Below, piece after piece: positions 28,504 through 42,352 of a stretch of 64,000 nt of DNA. Each line of letters begins with the position of its first letter. Position 1 is the first letter of the stretch. A program made the position numbers and the translations under genes. Source of the DNA: Vermamoeba vermiformis (Eukaryota); contig JBEWZL010000166.1 in the NCBI GenBank assembly GCA_045837725.1, forward strand, positions 248,001-312,000, written 5' to 3'. The notes under the pieces were generated by a model that saw only the letters and a list, made by a program, of their open reading frames with translations, had not been told where the DNA came from and made no database searches.

Positions 28504-30117
28504 ATGCTGCGAAGCGTAGTTAAATCTGTTCTTAATATCAGTCGATCGACTGCGACTAGAGGTAATTAGCAGTCAAACACTGAACTCATGCTGCAATTTA
28601 GTGGCATATTTATCTAAATACTATTATTTAACTTTATTACTCCCGCTACCACAACGCACTCACAGTATAAGTTATACTTTTGGGCCTAAAATATTTTTAA
28701 AATAATAGAGATTAATTAATTTTTATTTCGCGATCTGCCTGATCCACCTGATTAATCGAGCATTACAGGAAAGATATCGCTCTTCCGTTGTACAAAATCA
28801 GTGCCACACAAAAATACACTCGGAGCAATGGTCGCACGCAGCATGGCGAGTACTCGACACAGGGAGAAGCAGGAGCGCGAGGAAGAAGATGACGTCGGTC
28901 TCACCCCTGATGCATGGCGTGAACTGGCAGCTGAAGGCGAGAAGATCACATTCGACAATCCTTTGCAGAAGTTTATCGCTGAGTTCCGTCAAGGCAAAGT
29001 GTCGCCCTACAAACTGGCCCGCAAGCTGCTGTTGGCGAAGCTCGTTGCACCAACACACGTCGAGAGAGAAGGTGCGCTTATGCTCTTCCCTACTGAGTGA
29101 GTACTATACGCGTCACATTGCATTCATCGAGGAATTAACCATAGTTGTCAGGACTGTTATTCCAGAGTACAAATTACCGTAAGTACTGCGTACTGCATAC
29201 TTTACTGAGCCAAGGGCTGACGAGTCGTTCACAGCGAGCCAATAGTGAAAGCAATTGAAGCCAGCAGACCCAAAGACAACAGCGATCCCATTCAGTGCTT
29301 TGTGATGCCACTCTTCTCGCGCGAGGACGTGCTCGATCACTGGGCCAAACACTTCTTGCCCGCAGAAGTCAAGCACAGGTCACAGGTCATTCAACTGCCG
29401 CAGATGATGCTTACTTTCCACAAGATGCCGCTCATCACGCACATTTTATTCGACATGGGTACGTACTTGGGGTCACTAATATACCAGTACTCATATCACT
29501 TATAGGCACTGCGAATGCCCTCATGTTCCAACAAGATCAGATGCAGCTGTTGTTGGAGTACTCACACATTCTCGTGCTCGAGACAGCCATGCTCTACTTG
29601 CACAAGTACAGTCCACACGGTCTGCCGCAGCCTGAAGACGCGACCAGACCTCAAAAGTTCCTCGATCGAGGGTAGGCTCATTGTCATATGAATCACCCTT
29701 CTCACTCTCTAACCGACCAATCACAGCTACTTCATGACGAAGGTCGCTGACTACTACATTGTGTTGTGCAAGGACAAGCAGCCCTTCGACGAGGACTTGG
29801 AGGACACCTTCTACTTCCACACTGACGGCACTGTGCCGATCTTCACTTCGTACGACATGGTGGAAGAGTATCAACAGAAGTTCGGCCAATTCGACTTGGA
29901 ACGCTTTGAAGTTCGCAAAATGCGCGGAGGACGCATGTGGACCATGATGGCGAGGAACAAACGACTGTTGGCTGACAAAACAATCAAGTTCAATCCGACC
30001 CTCATGCCTGGTGGCTATGAACTGCACTTCAAATCGAGCTTTGTGACCTCAGTGGCCAATGCGGACATGACAATCGATGAGAATATTGATAAGGATGACG
30101 ATGACGAGGACGTGTAA
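28504..30117 (+). CDS. Hypothetical protein with a probable mitochondrial presequence and two SseB-N-like repeats
   Basis: Six exons splice in frame. Basic, hydroxylated N-terminus MLRSVVKSVLNISRSTATR. Repeats MPLFSREDVLDHW...ILFDMG and VPIFTSYDMVEEY...IKFNP. Confidence 0.6.
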
Positions 30118-30403
30118 CTCTTAGTGTAAATAAACGCGGCGACTAATATACATTTTTTGACGGTTGCCCTTCGGAGGTCCTTACGACATCCGCATAACTC
30201 CTCATGGATTGCGCAAAGATTACACACTTGTAGCCGTGGAACCTTCTATAGGTTCTATTTCGTTTCTATTTTCCCTAATTTGGAATAAAGAAATCACCGG
30301 TGTTTACTTCAAAAATTCTCCTGTCAGCATTTATCTTTTGCAACCTCGTTAGAAGACCACACGTGCAATATCACTAGGCCAGTCTTAGCTTCACTCGCAC
30401 GTC

Positions 30404-31753
30404 ATGGATCAGACCAATCTCATTTTCACTGCTGTTGTTGGTTTGATCTGCCTTGTCGTTGTTCTTCTCAAAGGACGCAGCAAGTCCAAATCACGTGTAG
30501 TGGTTTCGGGTAATTATTTTTGAATTAGACGTTAGCGAATCACTGTGGATCACGAGTATCAATTAAATTCTTTTGATCCCGTTTTATTTAATAATCAAGA
30601 AATTGCCAAGAAGATTATTAACAAATTATTCTAACAGGTCTATATATTTATCCAATTAAATCGTGTGGCGCTATTTCAGTCAAAAAACAAAAGATCGGCA
30701 AGTACGGCTTTGAAAATGATCGTAAATGGGTCGTGGCTCGTATTTCAGACATGAAATTTGTTACTCAGCGCGAACTACCCAAGGTTTGTATTATGAATTG
30801 CCGAAAATGACGTTTACTCATGTCATATCAGATGGCACTGATCCAACCAACAATTAAAGGCGAGGTGTTGGAAGTGACCGCACCTAACATGCCCAAGTTC
30901 ACTGTAAGTCTATTGCAAGATCGCAGTTCATCTTATTAACTGCGCTGTTCAGCTGCCTCTTGCTGGCATCAATCACGACGACAAATCCAACGTGACCGTG
31001 TGGAATGTTAAATATGACTGCTATGATGAGGTACATTGCATCAAACCGTCGTTCAATACAATATTAACCTCCATATCACGTATCAGGGTGATGAGGCTGC
31101 CAAGTGGTTCTCCGATTACCTGGGCCAGCCAGTGCGTCTCGTGCGTCAAACAGAACACCACACCCGCACCACGGGCGAGAAGTATCAACTGCCCGGTCAA
31201 GACAACCTCGTCTCGTAAGTGTTCTATTGTTCTGGCTTGTGAGCACGCGCTAACAGTGCCACAACAGCTTTGCAGATGGATTCCCGTTCTTGTTGGCCTC
31301 CGAGGACTCCACGGCTGCGTTGAATGATTTGGTGCGCGGCAACAACAAAGACGAGCCTGCCTTCACCTTCGCACGCTTCAGACCCAACATCGTCGTCAAG
31401 GGTAAGTCGTTCTGCTGCGCTCTCTGTTGTCTGCTCGTCTGACACGTGTCACAGGCACTGCGCCATTCGAGGAAGAGAGTTGGCTCGCAGTGCTGATTGG
31501 TGCACAACGCTTCTACCTGCCCAAGCTCTGCGTGCGCTGTCCCATGACCACTGTAGTGCCCGAGCGCGGTGAGTTTGGCACCAAAGAGCCGCTGCAGACC
31601 ATCAACAAGCAGCGCAACAAACGCTTCTGTCAGAACTTGACGCAAGATGTCGCGACATATGGCCAGTACATTAGTGTCGGCGACAGCGTGGAGATTGAGG
31701 AGCAGATCCAACCTAGTGCCGTTAACACGCGGTTCGATGATGACGATGAATAA
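30404..31753 (+). CDS. MOSC-domain protein, mARC (amidoxime-reducing component)-like
   Basis: N-terminal TM anchor, LYIYPIKSCG, DRKW, TQRELPKMALI, FADGFPFLL, RFRPNIVV, CVRCPMTT. Confidence 0.92.
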
Positions 31754-31916
31754 ATAAATCGTACTTGTTTATAGATGGTGGCATTATAATGTATTTAGAA
31801 TTACCTACGTAATGCGGCCACTTCAGCCTTCGTAGTCCGAAAACTCCAAAAAAGATAAAGGGTGTACGCTTGAAATTTATTTATCGAGATTACATTAAAC
31901 AAACACAGCAACAAGC

Positions 31917-34354
31917 ATGTCTGCACGCGCATCAGGACCAATCAAAATCGGATGCTGGTCTGGATTCTGGGGTGATAGTGCTACCGGTGCTCACCAGCTT
32001 GTCCAATACGGCCAAATGAATTATCTTGTTGGAGATTATTTGTCCGAGGTCACTATGGGCATTCTTGCTCGTGCTAAGGTGCGTTAATTAAATGCCCCTT
32101 CGAAGATCTATTCCGATATTTTTCGGATCTGAACAATTAAGCGGACGAAACATAGATTTTAGAGCCCAAACTATTTAATCTAATTTTTTAAAATTGTTTT
32201 TAGGCCAAACCATCAGCTGGAATGGGCGAGGGTGGTTACGTTCGTGAATTCGTTACAGATGTGTGCAAGCCGCTCTTGAAAGACTTAGTAGCTAAAAAGA
32301 TTCGCGTTGTTACTAATGCTGGTGGTAAGTGCCAATTGTGATTCAATTCTATTTGGAATACGCCAAGTTCCCATTGCGATCAGATCACATACTTAAGTTT
32401 ATCAGGCATGAACCCCAAGGCATGCAAAGAAGAGATTGAAAAATTAGCTGCATCATTGGGCTTGAATATTGTTGTAGCAGCAGTTGTTGGCGATGATTTG
32501 TTGGACCAATTTTCAGATCTGCAGCAACAAGGCAAGATCCACCCCTTCGGCATGGAGGGTGAGAACGATATACTTCCCCAAGACAAAGTTATGCTCAGCT
32601 GCAACGCTTATTTTGGTGCTTTGCCCATCAAGCAAGCCTTAGACCAAGGCGCACACATTGTAGTGACTGGCAGATGTGTCGACAGTGCTCTCGTGCTGGG
32701 CCCGTTGATGCACGAATATGGCTGGACTAGCGCTGATTATGACAAGCTCGCTGCTGGCTCAGTGGCCGGTCATATAATTGAGTGCGGCTGTCAGGTACTT
32801 AGTGTAACTGTTCGATCATCCTGGTCTAATTTCCTAATTAGGCAACTGGTGGTAACTTCACTGACTGGCGCGATTCATCTAAGAACGGGTATGTATTCTA
32901 TTTTAAGTAATACTACTCAGATCGGCAATGACTAACAAAGATCGACAGCTGGGACAATGTCGGTTTTCCCATCGCAGAAATAGACGCTGATGGCACTACT
33001 GTCATCTCCAAGCCTCCCAACACTGGCGGTCTCGTCTCTGTCGGCACCGTTGGAGAGCAGTTGGTGTATGAAATTCACGACGCTGCGAACTACATTCTGC
33101 CTGATGTCGTGGTGGACTTCACGCAACTCAAATTAGAACAAGTGGGCAAGTAAGTCACGCACAGTGTTGCTATGGAGTAGAGGACAGTAATGTTGACACT
33201 TTGTTAGGGATCGAGTCCGCGTGACAGGTGTCAAAGGGCGTGCTCCAACAACACTTTACAAAGTGAGCGCTATCATAATATTACATTCACTCGTAATAAT
33301 GACCTCTGCTAGGCCTCATTGACCTACTTCGAGCACTACAAGTTGGGCGGTGAGATTATGATCGGTGGTCACGAGGCCGCTTACAAAGCTGAAGCTGTCG
33401 CTAAGGCCATCTTCACCAAGACGAGCAGACTGTTGAAGCGCATGGGCTTCAAAGACTTTATTCAAACTCATTACGAAATGTTGGGCGCCGAGTCAAGTAA
33501 GTCACCCTGCATTAGCTGATCGATAGCTTAACTCACCGCGCATCGCTAGGCTACGGTCCTAACAGTCGTGCACGTGACACGCGTGAAGTTATTTTGCGTC
33601 TCGTTGCCACGCACAATGAACCCAAGGCACTCTTGTTGTTAGCACGTGAATTTGCACCTTCGGCCACTTCGATGGCTCCCGGCATCACTGGCTCTGTGAG
33701 TACTCACAAACAATTTTGAACAAGTCATAGCAGTGCTAACATTGGTGTCATTTGCAGGGCAGTGGTCGTCCTCGTCCCCTTCCTATCATGGCCTACAGAT
33801 CATGCTTGATTGATCGCGCTAGTGTGCCCATCACTGTCTTGGTAAGTCATGCTGCGGACTTCTGTTTAATTGAATGCAATCCTCATCGCGATACACTACA
33901 GGTTGGCCCCAAGTCCTCTGTGATGCGTGACGTTCCCAGCACTACCAGTACCATCGTATCACGTCCCACCACTGAGACCCCGCGTGTTAAGGTCGATGGC
34001 CCCACAGTTAAAGTACCTCTTCGCGCACTGTGCTGGGGTCGCAGTGGTGACAAGGGTGATGTCGCGAACATTGGTTTGATTTGCCGTGACAAGGCCTATT
34101 ATCCGTATGTTCAAGCTGCTGTCTCTGCTGACGCTGTCAAAAACTACTTGCCACACATTTTGAAGGGTAAAGTTGCCCGTTATGATTTGCCTGGATTCTA
34201 CGCACTCAATTTTGTGGCCACGCGATCACTGGGTGGTGGAGGACTGAGCTCGTTGAGCACTGATCGTCAGGGCAAGTGTTATGCGCAACAACTGTTGGAC
34301 TACGAGATTGAAGTGCCACGTACTTTGGTCCCTCACGCTGTTAGCAAGCTGTAA
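31917..34354 (+). CDS. Acyclic terpene utilization AtuA (DUF1446) family protein
   Basis: SGFWGDS, DYLSEVTM, NAGGMNP, VTGRCVDSAL, GHIIECGCQATGGNF, EQLVYEI, RSGDKGDVANIG, LGGGG...DRQGK. Confidence 0.92.
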
Positions 34355-34394
34355 TCTGCAATTAAAACACTTTTATTTACAATCGTTTCAGAAG

Positions 34395-36877
34395 TTATTT
34401 GTTTCCTAATTCAGCCAACAAATTGTCCAATCGAACACTCGCTAAAGATTTTAAAGTTAGCAACACATCGACAGTAGCAATATGACGAACATACCTCGTG
34501 AAGGTGTCTGTTGGTGATTGGTAGGCTCCATCATTCTCTTCGCACGTTGTTTGGCCAAGTCACTAGCAATGTTGGCGAGTGAAAATATCGTGCCGTCACT
34601 GCTGCCTTGTTTCTTGCGCTCTTCTTCACGGGCTTTGACCTTCTCATCGATCGATTGAGGCTGAACACGAGACAGTTAGTACTTTACAACCATCAAAAAA
34701 CACGTCACTTACACCGTCAGTCTTGCGCAGCGACACGCCGCGCTTGAGTTGGTCAACAATGTTCACTTGAGGGCTGGGTGGTGCGACCTTGACAGGGGCA
34801 GCTTTAGGAGCACCACCGCCAGTCTTGGGCTTGCGATTGATCTTCAAGCCACCTGCTGAGGCCTTGGCCATGGGTGGTGGAGGTGGTGGGGGTGGAGGAG
34901 GACCACCGCCAGTCATTGGTGGCGGAGGTGGCGTGTCTGGCACTTGACACGTGTCAGTAATGGCACTAAAAAATATCTCAAGTACTTACCGCTCACAGTG
35001 ACAGGAGCCTCGTACTGTGGCTCAGAGTCCTCTTGTTGGTTCTCGTACTTGGCCAGTTCAGCTTCGAGTTCACTGACCAGGGCCTCAGCATTGCTGGCAC
35101 GCTCTTCAGCCTCGCGCAATCGTTCTTCGAGTTCATTCAGCGCTGCTCTGTCACCGCGCGGTGTCTCTGTGTTCTTCTGCACGAGTTCACGCTCCAACTG
35201 CGTCACACGTCGCTGCAGTTCTTGTGATTTGTTCTGCTCGGCATTCAATCGACCCTCTTGCTCTTCAATCTTCACTTGTGCTAACTTGATCTTGCGCTCC
35301 CACTCACTCGAAGCACTCTCTTTTTCAGTGACACGTGCAGTCAGCGTCGAGACTTCTTTCTTGAACTGTTCGCGCTCGTTCTTCAAAGCCTCAGCCACTG
35401 TGCGCAGTTTGTGGGTCAAGTCAGTCACTGTGGCATCGGCTTGTGCAGCACGCGTGGTCTCTTTGGTGAGGGACATTTCTAGCTGTTGGATCCTGTGTTT
35501 GACACATCAGTTCAAGCACTACTTTGACACGTGTCACAGTACTCACTTGGTGTCCATGTCGCGGTGCTGTGCCACCACTGAAGGTGATCTCTCGCGTGCC
35601 TTGGCCTGCAGCTTCTCGAGCTGTTCTTGCAACGCTTTGTTCTCTTGCACCATCTTGGCATTCTCTTGCGTCAGTTGGGCCACTTTAGCCTCGAGTGCTC
35701 CGGTGTTTCTGATCGCTTGACTCGTGCTGCGAGTGCGTTGGTCGAGCTTTTCTTTGGCCTCGTCCAACTCTTTCTTCACATTGCGCGTCACAGCTGCGCA
35801 GATGATCGATTAGTTTCGTCCGTATTTCCTAATTTGGTAATATGTAGGTCACGTTACCAATCAATTGGTGCATCTTGTCCTGCAGGGTGGTAGTGAAGTT
35901 GGTCTGTTCAGTCAATTTGGCTTCAATGGACTCGGCTTTGGTTTGATACAATTGCGACTTTGAAAATCAGATCCGATTAGTCTTTTAAAGCCTAGTGCGC
36001 GAGTAGGTGTATTATAGGTACCTTAGTCTGCCACTCAACGAGTTGTTCTTCGCATTCTGCTACACGTGCCTCGCGTTGTTGAAGTTGCTGGCGCAGAGCT
36101 GTTACGACTGCTGGGTCGATGCCAGAAGCAGCTTTAGCGCTCTAATGGCAATTAATATGAATTAATATTATATGCTACGTATGAAATAGCTACGTTGGGA
36201 ATACGCAATATGGATCGCACTTAACAAATTTGTAGCGGAATCACAAAATCATGGGCTTGAATCAGCTTGAGAAAAAACTCCCAGAATAATATTAAATAAA
36301 TACTAGTCTATAATTATAAAGCAAAAAAAACATTAAGATGCAGAAAAATCTTCGAATTGCAAGGCACCAAGATACTCGCAGTATCAGTATCTTTTTGCTG
36401 CTATATAAGCAATAATAAGCTTACCTGTTCGATCTCTTTTGCTTTTTGAAGCTCGCGTTCCTTCTTTATGGCTTGGATCAGCTGCAGTAATTTATTTTCC
36501 AGCTGATCTGCTCGTTCTCGTTCTTCAAGGAACTTGCGTTGCAATTGTTCTTGCGTCTAATAATATATCCGTGTTATTACTGCGAGCTAATTCACCAATT
36601 TGAGCACACAAGGCGAATCTTACCTCCTTGGTCGCTTTGCGCTCTTCTTTAACTGCCTCTACTAATCTAATTAATTTCGCTTGTTGTTCAGTGACCTCGT
36701 GTTCTGCATTTCTTGCACGAGTTTCAGCGGCATTAAGCTTGCTGAGCAAGGCCGTGACTTCAAACTGCATCCAGAAGTTAGTCCACACATCTCGCGCGAC
36801 ATAGAAACCAATCGTTGCAGTGATGCGTATTAATATAGTATACATACAGATTCGTCAGCGTACGTGTCCGCTTCCAT
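34395..36877 (-). CDS. Coiled-coil + polyproline + WH2-like actin regulator (shootin-like architecture)
   Basis: Long coiled coil, then PPPPPMTGGGPPPPPPPPPPM, then IVDQLKRGVSLRKT (WH2-like). Exons splice in frame. Confidence 0.75.
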
Positions 36878-37287
36878 CCGTGCCTGACTCTTGTGGCGCA
36901 ATTCTTCGCTCAAAATTACAACTGAAACTGTTTCAATTTCGGTATTGGATTGGATGAGCCTTTATGACTTTGATATATTAATGGGTAATATATTGAAAGA
37001 TAATCATTTTATTAGTCAGCAAGTGGAAATTATCCGGCGAATTTATACTTGAGTCCAAAATTTACAAATCCGTTTCTCAAACTTGTCACGCTAAACTCCG
37101 AACCATCGGTCGGTTATATACGCATAATATTACTATCGAATCATCTAGTTTGTTGTCACAGAGCTCGTGACGCGGAGATAAAATAAAAGTTCCCGGCGTT
37201 GGTTTTTATTATTCACAGACTTCAAAAAGACACGAACACAAGACCAAATGGCTGTGTAATCACGCACAGACCTAGTAATAGTATCAT

Positions 37288-39628
37288 ATGCATCACGTTA
37301 ATGCCACACGCGAAGTAACGGCGCAAGACCAAGTCGATCTTTGTCATGTGCGAACCGATCAGATCTTGCAGCTGTTGGACCGCGTCAAATCAACTGAAAT
37401 TACCGACAAGCGATATGACGTATCAGCGGACACGAGTGAATTAAAGACCACTTTAGAACGCGTCAAAAAAGTGTTAGCATTCGGAGCAATTAAACTCATC
37501 GACGGCAGTTTAGATGTGTTTTGCATAGCGGCTATTCAAGCGACACTAGACCAATTAAAGAAGATATTATTGCAACAAGAAGCATGCGTGACATTCAGCT
37601 CATGGTGCGACACCAAAATTAAGCTTTACAACCTCGATCTGCAGCTTTATTTTCAACTCGATCAAGTCGTAGCTTTGTTCTCGAGCAATAATGCATTTGA
37701 TGCTACAGAATCATTTACTGATATTAAGAATACTAAAATGTGGCTAGAACTCTTTGGACGACAGGTAAAGGCGAATATTTGAAAATATTCATTTCTGTCG
37801 TCGATCTACCTCGTAAATTTCAATTAATTGATCGGGTTAATCGAATAATAATAGACATTAGTATTAATATATTCATCTAACAATTATTTTATGACAGGTT
37901 CGATTAGTTCCGTGTAACGAATTTTTAACTAAATTTGTTGCTTATTTGAATGCGGACGACAAGCTTTACAATTATTCATCCGAAGAGTTAGGCTTCATAG
38001 CGCACTTTTTAGGTATATTTAAAAATTATTTTATCAACCTGTCAACCGCATCTGACGGCCTAATACTGATTTTCGTTTCAGATTTCACGCGCGACGATTT
38101 GATTAGTCCGTATAAAGTCCATATATTCACCCGATGGTTTGGACCATTGCCCAACTGCTTTGATAGACTTTTAGAGTCACTACGTACAGGGTAAGCAATT
38201 TTCATGAACGTTTGTACTCGATCGACTCTAAGAATCTTTGCAACGACTTTTTTGCGGCTCTAACACGTAGTTTAATATAGATACTTGACGGGATTTATGT
38301 CTGCTCACGAGGCTAACTGGATGTTACGAAAGAAGCCCTCAGGCACCTTTTTAATCAGATTCAGCAAGTCTCAAGCCGGATGTTTCGCTGTAACATTTGT
38401 GGATTCGAAGTGTCAAGTCAAGCATTCGCTGTTATATTCACTCACCGATCAATGGGGACTCACGCTGAAAAACCCTCCAAAAGGTAAAAACTTTACAACT
38501 TTATTACCGGATGTTATTTTCAGATCTGTTTTGCGCGATTCATTGCTATCTAATTTTAAATGCCCGAAGACCGATTGCAACAACTTGCAATGTATTCGTG
38601 TTGAATTTACCCTTTTCTGGTAATTTGAATTTTTCGTTACACATCGGGCAATAATCGATTTTCCGTGCAATGACGTCAGATCTGCTTTCAATATACTCCT
38701 GAATGTTGCAATGATTGGTCATATTAATACTGACGCTTAATGTAGTGTACAAAACACTCTCCGAGTTCGTATTGGCCCACGCGAACAATTTGAGCAGTCC
38801 TCTCGGCAACAAGTGGATGTCGCAACTCGACAAGCCCAAGACCTCGCCAATATTAGCTGGCAGTCAGGGCCCTAGTCGGTCAACGGGCGAGGATCCCATG
38901 GAGAGTCCTGATTCGCCGCCTGAAAGTCACGTGACCTCACTCCGCACGAGCAATCCAAAAATCAAGCGTGACACTTCGCAGCATTATTTTCCGCTCGGTG
39001 CAGCGAACAACAACGGAGCAGTGGTGGACAACAATGGACCTGTGCCTGCCATGGGCGGCGAGAAGAACATGATCCACGCGATGCAGAACATGGCGCAGAA
39101 CAGCTCTTCAATGCCCATGCCGTACAAAGTGTCCAACAACATGGCGCAGAACATGTACACGCAGAGCAACTACTCGTCAGCTCAGAGCGATGACTTGCTT
39201 GCAGATCCAGCTTTGACACGTGTCATTCGTGACAGCACCTTCACACCGAGCAGCATCGCCAATTACCAACAGATCAATCAAGCGCTGCTCAACTATCAAG
39301 GCTCGCCTGACCAATATCAAATGTACCACGCGGACACTTCGCAACAAGCGCCAGCAGTTTTCCGCCGCACAACTCAGCGCGCAGAACTTGCTCATGCCGC
39401 ACCGACCAGTAGACAAGTCCCCGAGTCCGAACACGAGCACGAGCAATGGTCATCAAGTCCCCCAAGCCCATCGAGCCCTCGTGCACCGTGTGCATGGATC
39501 ACCCGCGCACCACGCTGTTCTTGGAGTGCGCGCATCGAGCGTGTTGCAAAGAGTGCAGCAGAAAAGTGACATTTTGTCCGGTGTGTCGACAGCCCATCAC
39601 GCGCGTGGTAGATATTTACACACCGTAA
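37288..39628 (+). CDS. SH2 + C-terminal RING protein (Dictyostelium CblA-like architecture); two apparent +1 frameshifts before the RING
   Basis: EF-hand-like DFTRDDLIS...FTRWFGP, then a STAT-type SH2 (GFMSAHEANWMLRKKPSGTFLIRFSKSQAGCFAVTFV), then RING CTVC...CAHRACCKEC...CPVCRQPI. Confidence 0.8.
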
Positions 39629-40425
39629 CAGGACATGCGGATAATAATACAACGAACATAATAATAATTTTGTGAATAGTAATCAAAGAATAATAACTAA
39701 TAGGGCCTTAATCCCTCGAAAAAATTAATAGCTGGTGTTCGAGCGGAGTTTGGCTTGGCGTGTAATATATACAAGTCAAATAGATCGGCGAGCATAGTCT
39801 TGAAAGGAGACTAGGACTCGCTTCAATGTAAATAAACAAAAGTTGCTAATCTGCCTTTGAAAGAAGATCCTTTACTAATTTCGCGATCTGGCGCACTACC
39901 AGCCTTCGCGGTGCACATCTTCCTCTTATTTAAGAAAGAATAGAACAATTAACCGAGGTACACGTGTCAATCCTATTTTTGGCGCCGTTGTGTTGTAATT
40001 TGCTTGGGCATGATTCTTAATTAAAGATTTCGAGTGAAAGACAAGGCAACTCGAATATTATATTACTACTTCCACAATTGGGGTAATAAATTCGAAGTTT
40101 CGTGAACTCAAGCACAGTTTGCTCGATCCATTTCTGACTCCGCATCTAGCTTCTAAGGTACTTTATATCGCTTCTAAAGCGACAATATTATTAAAGCACA
40201 TTTTTAAACCATTTTTATGTTGATAATGCCCGTTAATAACGCTTTTGGGCCTACATCCGCAAGCGAGTCTTGTAAAATAATTTTTGTTCTGTTTGCCCAA
40301 TACTTAATATCTTTTTGTTGGCATTAATGTATATACACATGTATATTATAGCCATTATAAATGATTTTAAAATTATTCTTACATATCCGACAGAATTATT
40401 GATTATTTTTAACATATCATCGCAG

Positions 40426-42352
40426 ATGACGGACAGTAATTTAAAGAGAAGTGCAGCAACACGCTGGGTGAATGGATGTATACTTAGGGTACGCATATTT
40501 AGCATTATTAAGTCTCCAGAATATCTAGTAACTCAAGTTTCTCGTGCAATCCGAGATCGCCTTGTTGTTCATGAATAAGAGCTCATCTCTGGCAAGTAAC
40601 TAACCTCTCTACCACTAGAATGGCTCTAGAATGTACTATCAAGCGTGTTCATTTGAAGGCACAGAATACCACGTCTTTGATCCTGTTTTGCTTAACGGAG
40701 AAGATGCGCTACTGCCTCTCGGACGAATAATCAGTACGTACTATAGCGAGGATGATAGTATGTTATATATATTAAACACAATGCAGGTATGTGGGAGTGT
40801 GGTAAGAAGAAGTTTGTGGACATTGAATGGTTTTACAGATCCAGCGATGTAATCAGTACGTGTCATTAATCTCGCTTAACCTCGCCAATATACTTACATA
40901 TACCATCCAGAGACCATACAATACTTCTACCCCGAGGAGCTTGAAGAGTTCTTGACAGCCAATCCTGGATTTGAAGAGCTGGTGTTGAAGCGCGAGGTGC
41001 AAGTCGACGAACTGACCCGCGCCAATGATCCGAGCAGCGACAGCGCTAGTCGCAACAACACAGTGCCTGGCAGTCCTGTTGAGGCCGCGTCTAGCGAATC
41101 AGATTTGATTGATCTCAATGCCAGCACGGAGCAGTTCAACATCGTCACGAACAGCGCGGTGGTGGATCTGACGAGTGAGGACGACGAACACAAGAAGAAG
41201 CGAGGACGAGGACGACCGCGCAGCATGTCTAACTCGCGAGCATCAAATGGCAGCACACCTGCAGCCACGTCAAGTGTCAATGGTCACGACAGTCCTCCGC
41301 GCAACAGAAAGAAGCGCGGACCAAACTCTAAGAACAAAACAGAGGAGTTGGCTAGTCGATTCAACGGCACGATTAGTGACCCCAAAATCATGCTCGAGTA
41401 CGTCAAACAAGCTGCAGCCAATGAGGTGTTTGCGTCTAGTCATGCGGACAGCAATTATCCCTCGACACTCGCGCGAAAATGTGTCGTGGAGCACGTGACA
41501 CGTGTCCCAGACAACAAAGTGTTCGAGAAGCAGCCCTCGCATTATTTCTATCGCAAGTTCTTCGATCAAACCACGTGTGAGCTGCGTGATGTGGAAGAAT
41601 ACAAAAAGTTAGCGCCGACTGAAGTGGCACGCAAAGCTTACAAGACTGCAAATATGGTTTACAACAGACCTGGAGCGAGCAATGGAGCTGAGGCACAGCC
41701 AGTGCCACGGTTCACTGCGACTGGCGAGACCGCGAGTGACATGGACAGCGATGAAATTATGAACACACCGCAGGACAATCACGCCAAGTCTGGTCCGCCA
41801 GTCAAGCGAAGGAAGTTGGACAACAATCGCGAGAGTGTGCAGCACGCGAAGGGCGGAAAGACTGGCGCGAATGGAGTGCACGAGCTGCAGCTCAACGACA
41901 ATCACAATGTAAATACCACAACACAAGCCGTTGCAGCTAATTCGAACACGAATCGTGCGCTGAAGAATTACTTGAGCTACGACAAGAGCGAGTCGAGTGA
42001 AGGCGAGTCAGTGAAGACAGCTGCTGGCCCGTCAAAGGGTCGCGGTCGCAAGCGCAAGGCCCCAGAGCTGACCAACCCCGAGTACATGGAGAGCTTGAGA
42101 ATTGAATACAACAACAGCACGACCGTCACTAATGCGAGCAACAACACGAACATCGCACCGCTGAAACAACCGACACACACGGCGACCATAGACTTGATAT
42201 TGGATGACGACTATCAGGGCTCAAGTGAGGTGCAGATGTTAGAACGGGCCGTGGAGAAAGTGCATGAGGCCGTGGATCTGAGTCGGCACGCGTTAGAAGC
42301 GTTCAAAAAGCAGATTGCAGTGCGCATTCGTGCTTTAGAAGAACTGAGTTAG
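40426..42352 (+). CDS. BAH-domain chromatin protein with an AT-hook-like motif and a C-terminal coiled coil
   Basis: Spliced YHVFDPVLL...GRIISMWE...VDIEWFYRSSD, and later NEVFAS...LARKCVV...YFYRKFFD. KKKRGRGRPR lies between the two parts. Confidence 0.75.

Noticed and set aside
30150-30260. Short hairpins (gaacc...ggttc) suggesting an ncRNA
   Set aside because: Stems are too short and no family motif was recognised.
39323-39417. Intron as an alternative way to bring the RING into frame
   Set aside because: Weak donor and AAG acceptor, no branch motif, and the intervening frame has coding-like codon usage. Disfavoured but not excluded.
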